From an uncultured virus (IMG/VR IMGVR_UViG_3300025112_005926) (Duplodnaviria; Heunggongvirae; Uroviricota; Caudoviricetes), in IMG/VR virus record IMGVR_UViG_3300025112_005926: a stretch of 64,000 nt of DNA. One strand, 5' to 3'. This document shows, one piece after another, positions 16,373 to 26,159 of this stretch (its first letter is position 1; every line of letters starts with the position of its first letter). A program made the translations under genes and the position numbers. Under the pieces are notes generated by a model. It was given only the letters and a program-made list of their open reading frames with translations, did no database searches and was not told the origin of the DNA.

Positions 16373-17622
16373 GAAAGAAAATAATAGTAAGAGGGCCGGC
16401 AATGACTCGCTCTGGATATGGAGAACAAACCAGGTTTGCCCTTAGTGCTCTTCGAACATATGAAGATATATTTGATATTTACTTATCACCCACTACATGG
16501 GGACAAACAGGCTGGATCCAAGAGGAGTCAGAGGAACATCGGTGGTTGGATCATTTAACTCACAAAACAAATCATTTTTTATCGAATGGAGGCAGTTTCG
16601 ACATGTCTTTGCAGGTTACAATTCCAAATGAATGGGAGAACTTAGCTCCCGTCAATATTGGATTTACTGCGGGGATAGAGGCAACTAAAGTTGCTCCTGC
16701 TTGGCTTGAAAAAGGCAATTCTATGGATAGAATAGTCGTTGTTTCGAAGCACTCAAAGGATGTATACGATTCGACAGTATACTATGCAAAGGATCCAAAT
16801 ACTAATCAAGCTGTTGAATTAAAAAGTCAGACACTAATCAAATCAGTCAATTATTGTGTTAGGTTTACCGAACCATCAGATATTGAATTGGATCTAGATT
16901 ATGATTTTAATTTTGTTTCTGTTGCCCAGTGGGGCCCAAGAAAGAATGTCGAGAATGTTGTTCGAGGATTTGTTGAGGAATTCCGCGACGAAGAAGTTGG
17001 CTTAATATTAAAAACAAGCATAGCAAAAAATTGTTTAATGGATAGAGAAAATACTAAGACCCAATTGAGATCTATAATGTCATCATATCCCGATCATAAG
17101 TGTAAAGTATATTTGTTGCATGGTAGTATGACGGAAGGAGAGATGGCATCTCTTTATTTGCATCCCAAAGTTAAATCTTTGGCGTTAATTAGTCATGGAG
17201 AGGGATTCGGATTGCCAATTTTTGAGGCCGCGTGCAATGGATTGCCTGTTATAACCATTGATTGGAGCGGCCAGAAAGATTTTCTGTATGCACCAACAAA
17301 GGGGAAATCCAAAAACAAACCAAAAATGAGACCTCATTTTTCAAAGGTAGAGTATTCTCTCGATCAGATACCCGATCATGCAGTCTGGGAAGGTGTTCTT
17401 CAAAAGGATTCTATGTGGGCGTATCCAGACCAGAATAGCTATAAAAAGCAGCTTCGAGATGTATATAAAAATTATGATCGGAAGCTGTCGCAAGCCAAAA
17501 AACTTAAGAAATACAATGATATTGAGTTTGCCCCAGAAAAGAAATATAAAGAATTTGCAGATTTTGTTCTTGGTTCTGATGTATCAAAAATTGAGGAAGA
17601 TAAAGTCTTGGTGTTTGGGTGA
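16369..17622 (+). CDS. Glycosyltransferase, GT-B/GT4-like
   Basis: RSGYG, QWGPRKN, GEGFGLPIFEAACNGLPVI. Confidence 0.9.
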   Translation: MRKKIIVRGPAMTRSGYGEQTRFALSALRTYEDIFDIYLSPTTWGQTGWIQEESEEHRWLDHLTHKTNHFLSNGGSFDMSLQVTIPNEWENLAPVNIGFTAGIEATKVAPAWLEKGNSMDRIVVVSKHSKDVYDSTVYYAKDPNTNQAVELKSQTLIKSVNYCVRFTEPSDIELDLDYDFNFVSVAQWGPRKNVENVVRGFVEEFRDEEVGLILKTSIAKNCLMDRENTKTQLRSIMSSYPDHKCKVYLLHGSMTEGEMASLYLHPKVKSLALISHGEGFGLPIFEAACNGLPVITIDWSGQKDFLYAPTKGKSKNKPKMRPHFSKVEYSLDQIPDHAVWEGVLQKDSMWAYPDQNSYKKQLRDVYKNYDRKLSQAKKLKKYNDIEFAPEKKYKEFADFVLGSDVSKIEEDKVLVFG

Positions 17623-19286
17623 AAAAGAGAATTATTTTTATAGCAGATTTCTATACAGATCAAATCCATGGCGGCGGAGAAAAAGTTAACGATATCCTTA
17701 TTGAATCGCTTGAACGGCTAGGGTATCCGGTTGAAAAATATAGAACAAATATGATGGGAGATTATCAACATCAATTTCCACCAACAGAAATAAAAGAGAT
17801 TTCTAAAAAAGTCATTGATGAAAATGATGTGTTTATTTTCGCTGGGTTCCGTGAGCACATGTCAGAAGATTGCCAAAGCGCCCTTGCCGGTAAAGATTAT
17901 ATCATAATGGAGCACGACCACAAATATCTTAAAACCAGAGATCCGTCTATGTTTAAAGATTATTTAGCGCCAAAAGATATGATTGTTAGTCATGAGTTTT
18001 ATGGTGGCGCCAAGGCTATCTTGTGCCAATCAAAAATACACGCTGAAGTTGTCAACAAGAACCTAGACACAGGAAATGTAATTAATCTAGGTTGCAGCAT
18101 GTGGTCAGAATCAGAAATTGCTGCAATCCTGAAAGCCTCGGAGAAAGATAAAACAAAGAATGCTGCCGTCCTGCGCTCAAATAATATTATAAAAGGCACT
18201 TCCGAGGCTTCCGAATTTTGTAGAAGGAAAGACATTGAACACGATTTTATCGGAGGCTTAGACTATCCCGACTTCATCAGCGCCATGGCAGAGTATAAGA
18301 AATTTGTGTTTTTTCCTCAAGTATTGGAGAGCTTCTGTCGGTTGGTTGTTGAAGCACGCATGCTCGGATGTGAATTGATGACGAATGAAAAAAATGGTTG
18401 CACATCCGAGGAGTGGTTTGGGAAGTTAAAGGGAAAAGAGTTAATTTCTTTCGTAGAAGAAAAGAAGACAGAAATAATTGACACAATTGTTAAGATCGTA
18501 GAAGACATGTCAAGTGAAAATATTTTTCTAGAAAAGTCGACCCCAGCCGACATCACTGTAATTCTAAATTCTTATAGAAGACCTTATAACCTCAAAATGC
18601 AGATAGAGGCGATTAGAAGCCAGACGAACCCACCAAAGCAGATTTGGCTGTGGATAAATCACCACGAAGACAATGAGGGGTTTGATTACTCTGAACTGGG
18701 CATTGATAGAATTATTCACAACGATCATAACTGGAAGTTTTATGGTCGCTTTGCGGGAGCACTGCTGTCTGATACGGAATATGTTGCTATCTTTGATGAT
18801 GACACCATACCTGGCAGAAAGTGGTTTAAAAATTGTCTGGATACAATGAGCGAACAAGAGGGGATCATGGGATCCGCTGGCGTTATTCTGAATGACAAAT
18901 ATTATGTCAAACATGACCGCTGCGGCTGGCCATCACACAACGAAGAGACGGAAGAAGTTGATCTTGTCGGTCATGCATGGTTTTTCAAGAGAGATTGGCT
19001 GCAATATCTTTGGAGAGAGAAGCCTCCGACTTGGGATAACGGGGAAGACATGCAATTCTCATATACAGCCCAGAAATATGGAGGAATTAAAACCTTTTGC
19101 CCGCCTCATCCTTCGTCTGATCTGGAGATGCATGGCTCAACAAAAGGTAACGAGCTTGGCGTCGACGCAAAAGCGACATCAAACAATAACGAAACAACGC
19201 ATCAACAATTCTTCTCCGAGAGGGATCTTTGTGTGCAAAGTGCGCTGCGAAGTGGGTGGAAAACTGTACGAGGGATAAAATTATGA
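17619..19286 (+). CDS. Two-domain glycosyltransferase (GT-B-like + GT-A/GT2-like)
   Basis: N-terminal GGGE and ESFCRLVVEARMLG; C-terminal ITVILNSYRRP and AIFDDD (DxD). Confidence 0.8.
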   Translation: MKKRIIFIADFYTDQIHGGGEKVNDILIESLERLGYPVEKYRTNMMGDYQHQFPPTEIKEISKKVIDENDVFIFAGFREHMSEDCQSALAGKDYIIMEHDHKYLKTRDPSMFKDYLAPKDMIVSHEFYGGAKAILCQSKIHAEVVNKNLDTGNVINLGCSMWSESEIAAILKASEKDKTKNAAVLRSNNIIKGTSEASEFCRRKDIEHDFIGGLDYPDFISAMAEYKKFVFFPQVLESFCRLVVEARMLGCELMTNEKNGCTSEEWFGKLKGKELISFVEEKKTEIIDTIVKIVEDMSSENIFLEKSTPADITVILNSYRRPYNLKMQIEAIRSQTNPPKQIWLWINHHEDNEGFDYSELGIDRIIHNDHNWKFYGRFAGALLSDTEYVAIFDDDTIPGRKWFKNCLDTMSEQEGIMGSAGVILNDKYYVKHDRCGWPSHNEETEEVDLVGHAWFFKRDWLQYLWREKPPTWDNGEDMQFSYTAQKYGGIKTFCPPHPSSDLEMHGSTKGNELGVDAKATSNNNETTHQQFFSERDLCVQSALRSGWKTVRGIKL

Positions 19287-19330
19287 TTCTTGCATCTTTT
19301 AAGACTAAGACCATCCCAAGGAAATTATAG
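19283..19330 (+). other. 15-codon micro-ORF (MILASFKTKTIPRKL) coupled to both neighbours
   Basis: ATGA overlap with the upstream stop and TAGTG overlap with the downstream start. Confidence 0.35.
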
Positions 19331-20118
19331 TGGCAATAAAATATTTTGATAAAGAATTCGATAAGTTTTTAGAAAAGCTGAAAAATAAAGAAAACTTTGC
19401 ATTTGCCAGATTCTCAGATGGAGAACTGTTTATTCTCAAAAACGAAACGGTGATACTTGCCGAAGATCATTTTGTCACAGGAGACAGAAAAGGACCAGGC
19501 ATATACCCAGAAGAAGAACAGAAAGAATTTATACCAGAAAAGCATCAATTTCATCAAAAGAAGCTTGTTGAGTGCTTTAGATTTAAGAAGCCTGAATATT
19601 ATAAAGGCATATGCTGTAGGAACGATGTTGGAGAGGAAGCCTTCTTCTGGCAGAAAAGATTGAATGGTGGTGACGACGATCTTACATTTGCCAATCTTTT
19701 AATTAATAGGAACTATCGACGCTTTGTGGATGAGATGGTGCCCGTTTTGAAAGAAAGGGATATTCTTTATGTTGTTAACAAAGCATCAGACTTGTCAGAC
19801 CTTCCATTCAAAATCAAAAAGGATTTTAGGATAGGCAGCAATTGTATGATTGATAATTATGACACCATTGAGGAAGTAAAAACATATATCAAGGAAAACG
19901 ATATACGCGATCATGTTATCCTTTGCTCCGCTGCAAGTTTAAGCAATTTTATTATTCGCGATTGTTATGATGACAATCCCAACAATACTTTCTTGGATAT
20001 CGGAAGCTGCTTAAATCCTTATCTTGGTTTGCATGGGTGGAGACATACAAGGGGATATTTGACTCATTATTGGCTTAATAGCGGTAGCCCTTATGGTGAG
20101 CAGGTGGATATTTGGTAA
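19330..20118 (+). CDS. GT-D-fold-like (DUF1792-related) glycosyltransferase
   Basis: FARFSDGE near the N-terminus and FLDIGS near the C-terminus. Confidence 0.65.
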   Translation: MAIKYFDKEFDKFLEKLKNKENFAFARFSDGELFILKNETVILAEDHFVTGDRKGPGIYPEEEQKEFIPEKHQFHQKKLVECFRFKKPEYYKGICCRNDVGEEAFFWQKRLNGGDDDLTFANLLINRNYRRFVDEMVPVLKERDILYVVNKASDLSDLPFKIKKDFRIGSNCMIDNYDTIEEVKTYIKENDIRDHVILCSAASLSNFIIRDCYDDNPNNTFLDIGSCLNPYLGLHGWRHTRGYLTHYWLNSGSPYGEQVDIW

Positions 20119-20507
20119 TGTACTCGCTAGAGAGAAACAAAAAAGAATACTGGGAGTTCATAAGAGATCTCAGGAATGATCACAGGGTCAAGACTGGTTT
20201 TATTCAGCAAGGGCACATAGGTGAAGACGAACATTATGTATATATGAAGTCTTTCGGGGGTAATTTCTATATTTGCCTTGACAAGGGCGTTCCAGTGGGT
20301 TATATTGGTATTATAAGCAGCGATATTAGGGTTGCAACACATCCGGATCACCAAGGAAAGGGAATAGCAAAGTTTATGGTTAATGAAATAATGAATATGC
20401 ATCCGGGTGCTGTGGCAAAAGTTAAGCTTGACAATGTAGCCAGCTTGAGGCTATTCGAAAGTTGCAACTTTAAGAAAAAATATTATATTTTGGAGAAAGA
20501 ATGTTAA
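20118..20507 (+). CDS. GNAT N-acetyltransferase (PseH-like, sugar amine acetylation)
   Basis: LRND..V; HPDHQGKGIA acetyl-CoA motif; NVASLRLFE. Confidence 0.8.
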   Translation: MYSLERNKKEYWEFIRDLRNDHRVKTGFIQQGHIGEDEHYVYMKSFGGNFYICLDKGVPVGYIGIISSDIRVATHPDHQGKGIAKFMVNEIMNMHPGAVAKVKLDNVASLRLFESCNFKKKYYILEKEC

Positions 20508-21415
20508 AGTTTTCAGATTTTAGTGATGAAACAACTGTAGAATCTAATGAGTTTGTAAGTTATTTTCAAAAATCAGTTGTAGAGTGCATCTCGACATACA
20601 GCATGCCCGCCTTGTGTATATGCAGGAATACTGCGCAGCCATTTGCACGATTAAAAGAAGAATATAGAGATAAACTATTAGATATAAAGATTTTTCCAAG
20701 CTTGAAGCTCAAGGTGTGCGTGGATATTGGTGCAAATGTCGGCGCCTTTTCGTGTTATGCTGCTGAAAATTTTGAAAAAGTGTATGCATTTGAGCCGGCG
20801 AAACAGAATTATGATTTTTTAAATAAAGTATTAGAGGCTTCTGAGATCTCCAATGTAGAAACATACAATTTGGCAGTGGCGTCTACCAGCGGTGAAAAAA
20901 TTAAGATTTTTCACGGACCCGGCATGGGCTCTGGCGCCGCAACTACCATTGACCCTGGTGGAAAGAAGCCCGCTGGTTTCATTCGAAGATATGAGTCGCG
21001 CTACACAATCTCTTTAGAAGATATATATGAATTAGTTGATGAAGATTTTATAGATTATATGAAGATTGATTGTGAAGGGTCTGAATATGATTTTTTACTT
21101 GGAAAAGATATCTCGCGGATTAACTATTTGGCAATTGAATGCCATGGCAACGAAGAAAAAATTACCAAGTTGATTCGATTCTTGGAAGAGAAATTCTATA
21201 TTTTAGCAGATTGGACGGCAGAGGGCGAAGGCACCTCAACTTTAAGAACTGGATTAAACACCATGACTTGTGTTAATAAAAGAATTCTAAAAGATCATTC
21301 CGGCTCCACTCTGGGCGCGCCAATTCCTGGGCTACATAATTTACAATGGTTGTCGAAAACCATTGTGGAACCCACCACTGACAGCCTCAGAGAGATCAAA
21401 ACTGGAAGCATCTAA
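20501..21415 (+). CDS. FkbM-family O-methyltransferase
   Basis: VDIGANVG, AFEP, MKIDCEGSE. Confidence 0.85.
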   Translation: MLKFSDFSDETTVESNEFVSYFQKSVVECISTYSMPALCICRNTAQPFARLKEEYRDKLLDIKIFPSLKLKVCVDIGANVGAFSCYAAENFEKVYAFEPAKQNYDFLNKVLEASEISNVETYNLAVASTSGEKIKIFHGPGMGSGAATTIDPGGKKPAGFIRRYESRYTISLEDIYELVDEDFIDYMKIDCEGSEYDFLLGKDISRINYLAIECHGNEEKITKLIRFLEEKFYILADWTAEGEGTSTLRTGLNTMTCVNKRILKDHSGSTLGAPIPGLHNLQWLSKTIVEPTTDSLREIKTGSI

Positions 21416-21417
21416 TA

Positions 21418-22023
21418 ATGCTGCATAATCCCTATAAAATTGTTAAACTGTTTGAAGAAGAAATTGCTCATTACGCCGGCTCCCCATATGCTGTGTCGGT
21501 CAATAGCTGCACTAATGCTATATTCCTATGCTGCAAATATCTCAAGATTCAAGAAGCCACCATTCCAAAGAACACTTATCTTTCGGTTCCCCAATCAATC
21601 ATTCAGGCTGGAGGATCTGTAAGTTTTGAAGATATCAAATGGGAGGGAGCATATCAGCTTAAGCCATATCCTATTTGGGATGCTGCCAAGCGTCTGACTT
21701 CAGGAATGTATATACCTGATTCTAATATGTGTCTTTCTTTTCATATTAAAAAGCATCTTAAAATTGGTAAGGGCGGAATGATTCTGACTAGTGATAAAAA
21801 TCTTGTTGATTGGGCAAGGGAAGCTAGATATGAGGGCCGCAGCGAAGGGATTAGGTATCAAGATGATGATATCGACTCTATGGGGTGGAATATGTATATG
21901 ACTCCAGAACAGGCAGCCAGAGGGCTAACTTTGATGCAGAATTATCCGGAGCACATGCCGGATATACCTGAAGACCCACCTTACCGAGATCTAACAGAAT
22001 TCAAGCTATTTGGTGGTAAATAA
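21418..22023 (+). CDS. Compact DegT/DnrJ-family PLP sugar aminotransferase
   Basis: FEE.IA.Y.G..YAVSVNSCTNA, DAA, SFHIKKHL..G.GGM, GWNMYM; only 201 aa. Confidence 0.75.
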   Translation: MLHNPYKIVKLFEEEIAHYAGSPYAVSVNSCTNAIFLCCKYLKIQEATIPKNTYLSVPQSIIQAGGSVSFEDIKWEGAYQLKPYPIWDAAKRLTSGMYIPDSNMCLSFHIKKHLKIGKGGMILTSDKNLVDWAREARYEGRSEGIRYQDDDIDSMGWNMYMTPEQAARGLTLMQNYPEHMPDIPEDPPYRDLTEFKLFGGK

Positions 22024-22761
22024 ATGGATAATTTAGCCTTAGTCGTTAATACGCATTTTTCTTATAGAGATTTGTGGGGAATGTTTTTCGATAGGATAAA
22101 AGAGTATTTCCCGGGTGTAAAAACCTATGTTTTTTCAAATGAAGGAGATTTTGATCCTGAATATAAGGCGGTTTATTATGATGAAAACCAAAATTTCAGA
22201 AGTCAATTTTTGTCATGCATCGGCGAGGTCAAGGAGAAGTATTGCATCTTCATCTCAGAAGACTACATTCTATATGATTATCCGGATGAAAAATTGTTAA
22301 CCCGTTACATCGATGTATTAGACGAATATAAATATTTGTCATTTATTCGTCTTCTCAAGGGAATGAGCTTTAATGAGCCAAACTTTAAAAATCACAAAGA
22401 TCTGTATGAGCTATCAAATGTGCTTCCATATTTTTATTCTCAAAGCGCCGCTCTATGGAGAGTGAGTCATTTAAGTGCAATTTTTAAAGCCGGCCCAGAT
22501 CTACATATTGCCGGCGAGGATGAAAATCAGCAGTTTGAGGTTGCGGCAAATAGAACATGTCAAGAATTGGATATGAGGGGTCTTTATTGTTATCATGGAG
22601 AGCCAAAAAGAGGAATATATCATTATGACAGCGTTGCATTTCCTCATGTTGCCACTGCGATAATCAAGGGTAAATGGAATTTATCCGAGTATCCTGACGA
22701 ACTTATGCCTCTTTTAGAGAAACATAACATAGACCCAACAAAAAGAGGAATTTATAAATGA
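22024..22761 (+). CDS. Putative glycosyltransferase (GT-A-like)
   Basis: Y.DLW..F, FISEDY (xED), AALWR, I.KGKW; lies within the glycan island. Confidence 0.55.
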   Translation: MDNLALVVNTHFSYRDLWGMFFDRIKEYFPGVKTYVFSNEGDFDPEYKAVYYDENQNFRSQFLSCIGEVKEKYCIFISEDYILYDYPDEKLLTRYIDVLDEYKYLSFIRLLKGMSFNEPNFKNHKDLYELSNVLPYFYSQSAALWRVSHLSAIFKAGPDLHIAGEDENQQFEVAANRTCQELDMRGLYCYHGEPKRGIYHYDSVAFPHVATAIIKGKWNLSEYPDELMPLLEKHNIDPTKRGIYK

Positions 22762-23732
22762 GAGTAATAGCAGACTATTCAGATAACAGCCCAGACGATC
22801 CAGATCACTATATGAAATTTGATGAAATGGGAGATGACAGCGAAGAAAATATATTATTCGCGCACTTAGGGGCTGTCAACAACCCCTTTTATCGTCACCG
22901 TTTTAAAGATTTTAAGAGGAAAGTGGCGTGGTCAGGGCACCAGCCATGCGAGTTTTGCACCGGCCGCAAGGAAGTTATGGCCATGACCTTTGACCTGGAG
23001 GATTATTTTGATATAGTATATACTCTTTGCCCGTATACCGCAAAGTGGCTTAACGAGACTTTTCACAAAAGAGACAAGTTTCAATTAGCTGTTATTCCGT
23101 ATAATGAAGATGATGTTCCGAAAGAAGATCGAGAGAAAGAATTTGATGCGATCTATTGGGGCGGAGTTCACAGCCGTGAACACATGGCTATCTTGGATGC
23201 AATGAGGGGAGTAAAACACAACTTTTTCACTCAACACCCATCCCGGTGGACGGCAGATATGTCAGAAGATGAGTGGCATAGATATCTTAATCAGGTTACT
23301 GATTCAAACCTGCCACACAGGTACCTATGGGATTCACTATCGAGAACAAAGGTGTTCGTGTCTACTAATATACTGCCACTGACACCGGAACATGTTGGAT
23401 TCATTAAGGAGGTTCCTCATTGGGAGAAAAATGAAGCCTTCTCTCATATAGATCAAATGATAGCACCTCAGATGAAAACAAGAACAATTGCATCCGCCTT
23501 CAACAAGGCTCTTAGTTTGGTCAAGAGAGATCCTTGGAATGTGATCGAAAATTGGTTTGAACCAGGTGTAGACTTTATTTATTTTGATGATTATTATGAG
23601 GAGCTTCCGGCACTGATAAAAGATGTAAGCAATAACTGGAGCGATTATGAGGGAATAGTGGATAACGCATATAAAAAGGCTATGGGATCATATACTTCTC
23701 AAAAGTTGTTCAAAAAAATGAGTGGAGAGTAG
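22758..23732 (+). CDS. Putative glycosyltransferase (GT-B C-terminal-like)
   Basis: PQMKTR..., FEPGVDFIYF and IVDNAY match the GT-B C-lobe pattern of CgeB/DUF3880-like proteins. Confidence 0.55.
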   Translation: MRVIADYSDNSPDDPDHYMKFDEMGDDSEENILFAHLGAVNNPFYRHRFKDFKRKVAWSGHQPCEFCTGRKEVMAMTFDLEDYFDIVYTLCPYTAKWLNETFHKRDKFQLAVIPYNEDDVPKEDREKEFDAIYWGGVHSREHMAILDAMRGVKHNFFTQHPSRWTADMSEDEWHRYLNQVTDSNLPHRYLWDSLSRTKVFVSTNILPLTPEHVGFIKEVPHWEKNEAFSHIDQMIAPQMKTRTIASAFNKALSLVKRDPWNVIENWFEPGVDFIYFDDYYEELPALIKDVSNNWSDYEGIVDNAYKKAMGSYTSQKLFKKMSGE

Positions 23733-23735
23733 GCA

Positions 23736-24149
23736 ATGCAAAGAAAATATTTACCAACGCTTTCAGAGTTAATCGATAGGCTATCGATAGTTCAACTCAA
23801 AGAGGTTTTCATATCAGAACACAAAGATGAGTATGCGAAAGAGATCGAAGATATTGTTCATGACATTGACTTGACATTGAAGGAAAAAGATGTTATATTA
23901 GACTCTAAGGCGATAAGAGCAATAGTGGTTTTATCACAAATGAATCTTCATATATGGCATAATGAGTCAAATTATCGTAAAGGAATTAGAGAAGGAAACA
24001 ATCTTGAATTAACACATGGCATTAATGGCATCAGGAACACCGCGAAGAACAAGATTCAGGAGCTAGCAGGAGGACGAAAGGATTATAAAATCGATTGTTT
24101 GGCAGCAGAATTTAAAGATTGGGAGATTAGTTGGGAGAAGGATCCTTAG
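23736..24149 (+). CDS. Conserved helical protein of sugar-biosynthesis clusters (DUF4254-like)
   Basis: TLSELIDRLSI.QLK, N..IWH.E...R, N..RN..KN.I. Confidence 0.6.
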   Translation: MQRKYLPTLSELIDRLSIVQLKEVFISEHKDEYAKEIEDIVHDIDLTLKEKDVILDSKAIRAIVVLSQMNLHIWHNESNYRKGIREGNNLELTHGINGIRNTAKNKIQELAGGRKDYKIDCLAAEFKDWEISWEKDP

Positions 24150-25216
24150 AGTTTGATGTTGTTATAGTTGGCGCCGGCGTCATCGGATTGGCAATTGCAG
24201 AGAGGCTGTCTCGCAAGCTTGATAATGTTTTGCTTGTAGAAAAAGAGCACTCTTTCGGACAGCACACTTCCAGCAGGAACAGTGAGATAATACATTCTGG
24301 CATATATTATTCACCAGAGAGCCTAAAAGCAAAGTTGTGCGTTAAAGGAAATCATATGCTTTATAGTTTCTTGCACCAACACAATATTGCACATAGAATG
24401 TGTGGAAAGCTCATAGTTGCAACCGAAGAAGAGGAAGTGGAAGAATTAGAATCTCTTCTTCAAAACGGCGAAAGTAATGGAGTTAAAGGAATAGAATTAA
24501 TTTCCGGCGCTGAAGCTAGACAGAAGCAGCCAGGAATAAAAGCCATAAAAGCCTTGTGGGTTCCATCGACAGGGATTATGGACACTCATGGTGTTATGTT
24601 AAAACTAGAACAGCTAGCTGAAGAAAATGGAGTGATAATATCATATAATACAGAGGTTGTCGGAATAGAAGAAAAGCCCGGCAACTATCAGATAGAATTC
24701 TTAGAGCAAGATTATTCCGTGCGCACACCCATTGTTATCAATTCGGCCGGCCTTTGGAGCGACGATGTATCAAAACTAGCAGACATAGATGGTTATGAGC
24801 TTCAGTGGTGCAAGGGAGAATACTATAAGACAAGTAAATATAGGAATATGAATTGCTTAGTATATCCAGTTCCAAATTCTATCTCATTAGGAATCCACAC
24901 GGTTATTGACATTGATGGCGCCTTATCGTTCGGGCCTAATGCGTATTATGTAGACGAGTTAAAATATGATTTTGATGATTCTCACAAGAGACAATTCCAT
25001 GAAGCGATTAATCGTTATTTAGATATTGAATATGATGACTTACAAGAAAATACTAGCGGAATCAGGCCTAAATTACAGAAAAGCCTTGACAAACCTGTGG
25101 ATTATGTTATACTAAAAGAAAGGAACAAGCCGGACTTTATCAATTTAATAGGCATTGAATCGCCAGGATTTACTTGTTGCTTATCAGTAGCAGAATTTAT
25201 AGAGGATTTATTTTAA
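24131..25216 (+). CDS. FAD-dependent oxidoreductase (L-2-hydroxyglutarate oxidase-like)
   Basis: GAGVIG, TSSRNSEIIHSGIYY, KGEY, GIRPK, GIESPG.T; start uncertain. Confidence 0.85.
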   Translation: MGEGSLEFDVVIVGAGVIGLAIAERLSRKLDNVLLVEKEHSFGQHTSSRNSEIIHSGIYYSPESLKAKLCVKGNHMLYSFLHQHNIAHRMCGKLIVATEEEEVEELESLLQNGESNGVKGIELISGAEARQKQPGIKAIKALWVPSTGIMDTHGVMLKLEQLAEENGVIISYNTEVVGIEEKPGNYQIEFLEQDYSVRTPIVINSAGLWSDDVSKLADIDGYELQWCKGEYYKTSKYRNMNCLVYPVPNSISLGIHTVIDIDGALSFGPNAYYVDELKYDFDDSHKRQFHEAINRYLDIEYDDLQENTSGIRPKLQKSLDKPVDYVILKERNKPDFINLIGIESPGFTCCLSVAEFIEDLF

Positions 25217-25217
25217 A

Positions 25218-26150
25218 ATGAAAACGATTTTAATGACAGGCGGCGCAGGATATATTGGAAGTGAACTTACACAGTATTTTCTTGACGACGGATATAAAGT
25301 TATTGTTTATGATAAGTTAATGTTCGGGCCCGACTCCCTTTTGAGATATTCGGTGCATCCTAATTTTACTTTTGTAAAGGGAGATGTTCGTGATACGAGC
25401 ACTTTATCGAAATATCTCGCTATGGCAGATATTGTAATTCCACTTGCTGCTTTGGTTGGGTTTCCTTTGTGTAGGGATAATCCCCGCGAAGCGAAGGAAG
25501 TAAATCACGATGCCAATACTTGGATTGCCAAAAATAAATCAAAAGATCAAATGGTTATTTATCCGTGCACCAATTCAGGATATGGAGTGGGAGAACAAGG
25601 CAAGTTCTGCACAGAAGAATCCCCACTAAGCCCTATATCTTTGTATGGGCAGACAAAAGTAGCCGCTGAAAAAGAATATCAGGATGTAGAAAATAATGTA
25701 ACATTTCGTCTGGCGACGGTATTTGGACCTTCTTCCAGAATGAGAACTGATCTGTTGGTTAATAATTTTGTCTTGAAAGCACTGAGGGAAAAAATATTAG
25801 TTCTTTATGAGCGCGAATATATGAGAAACTATGTTCATCTTCACGATGTATGCCGATCTTTTAAGTTTATTGTCGACAACTGGGATCATTGTAAAAATGA
25901 AACTTATAATGTGGGCAATGATTCCATTAACATGAACAAGCTCCAACTTTCAGAGAAGATAAAAGAACAAATCCCCTTAGAAATAATTTTTGCAGAATTT
26001 ACAAAAGATTTAGACAAGAGAGATTACATTGTCAGCAGTCAAAAATTCTATGATAAAGGTTTTGAATGTAAATTTGGTCTTGAAATTGGAATTGAGCAAC
26101 TCATAAAAGCATATAGCATTATTGAGTCACCATGGTATGCAAACTATTGA
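25218..26150 (+). CDS. NAD-dependent epimerase/dehydratase (extended SDR)
   Basis: TGGAGYIG, YGQTK (YxxxK), FRLATVFG.S.RMR.DL. Confidence 0.9.
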   Translation: MKTILMTGGAGYIGSELTQYFLDDGYKVIVYDKLMFGPDSLLRYSVHPNFTFVKGDVRDTSTLSKYLAMADIVIPLAALVGFPLCRDNPREAKEVNHDANTWIAKNKSKDQMVIYPCTNSGYGVGEQGKFCTEESPLSPISLYGQTKVAAEKEYQDVENNVTFRLATVFGPSSRMRTDLLVNNFVLKALREKILVLYEREYMRNYVHLHDVCRSFKFIVDNWDHCKNETYNVGNDSINMNKLQLSEKIKEQIPLEIIFAEFTKDLDKRDYIVSSQKFYDKGFECKFGLEIGIEQLIKAYSIIESPWYANY

Positions 26151-26159
26151 AGGTTTTTG

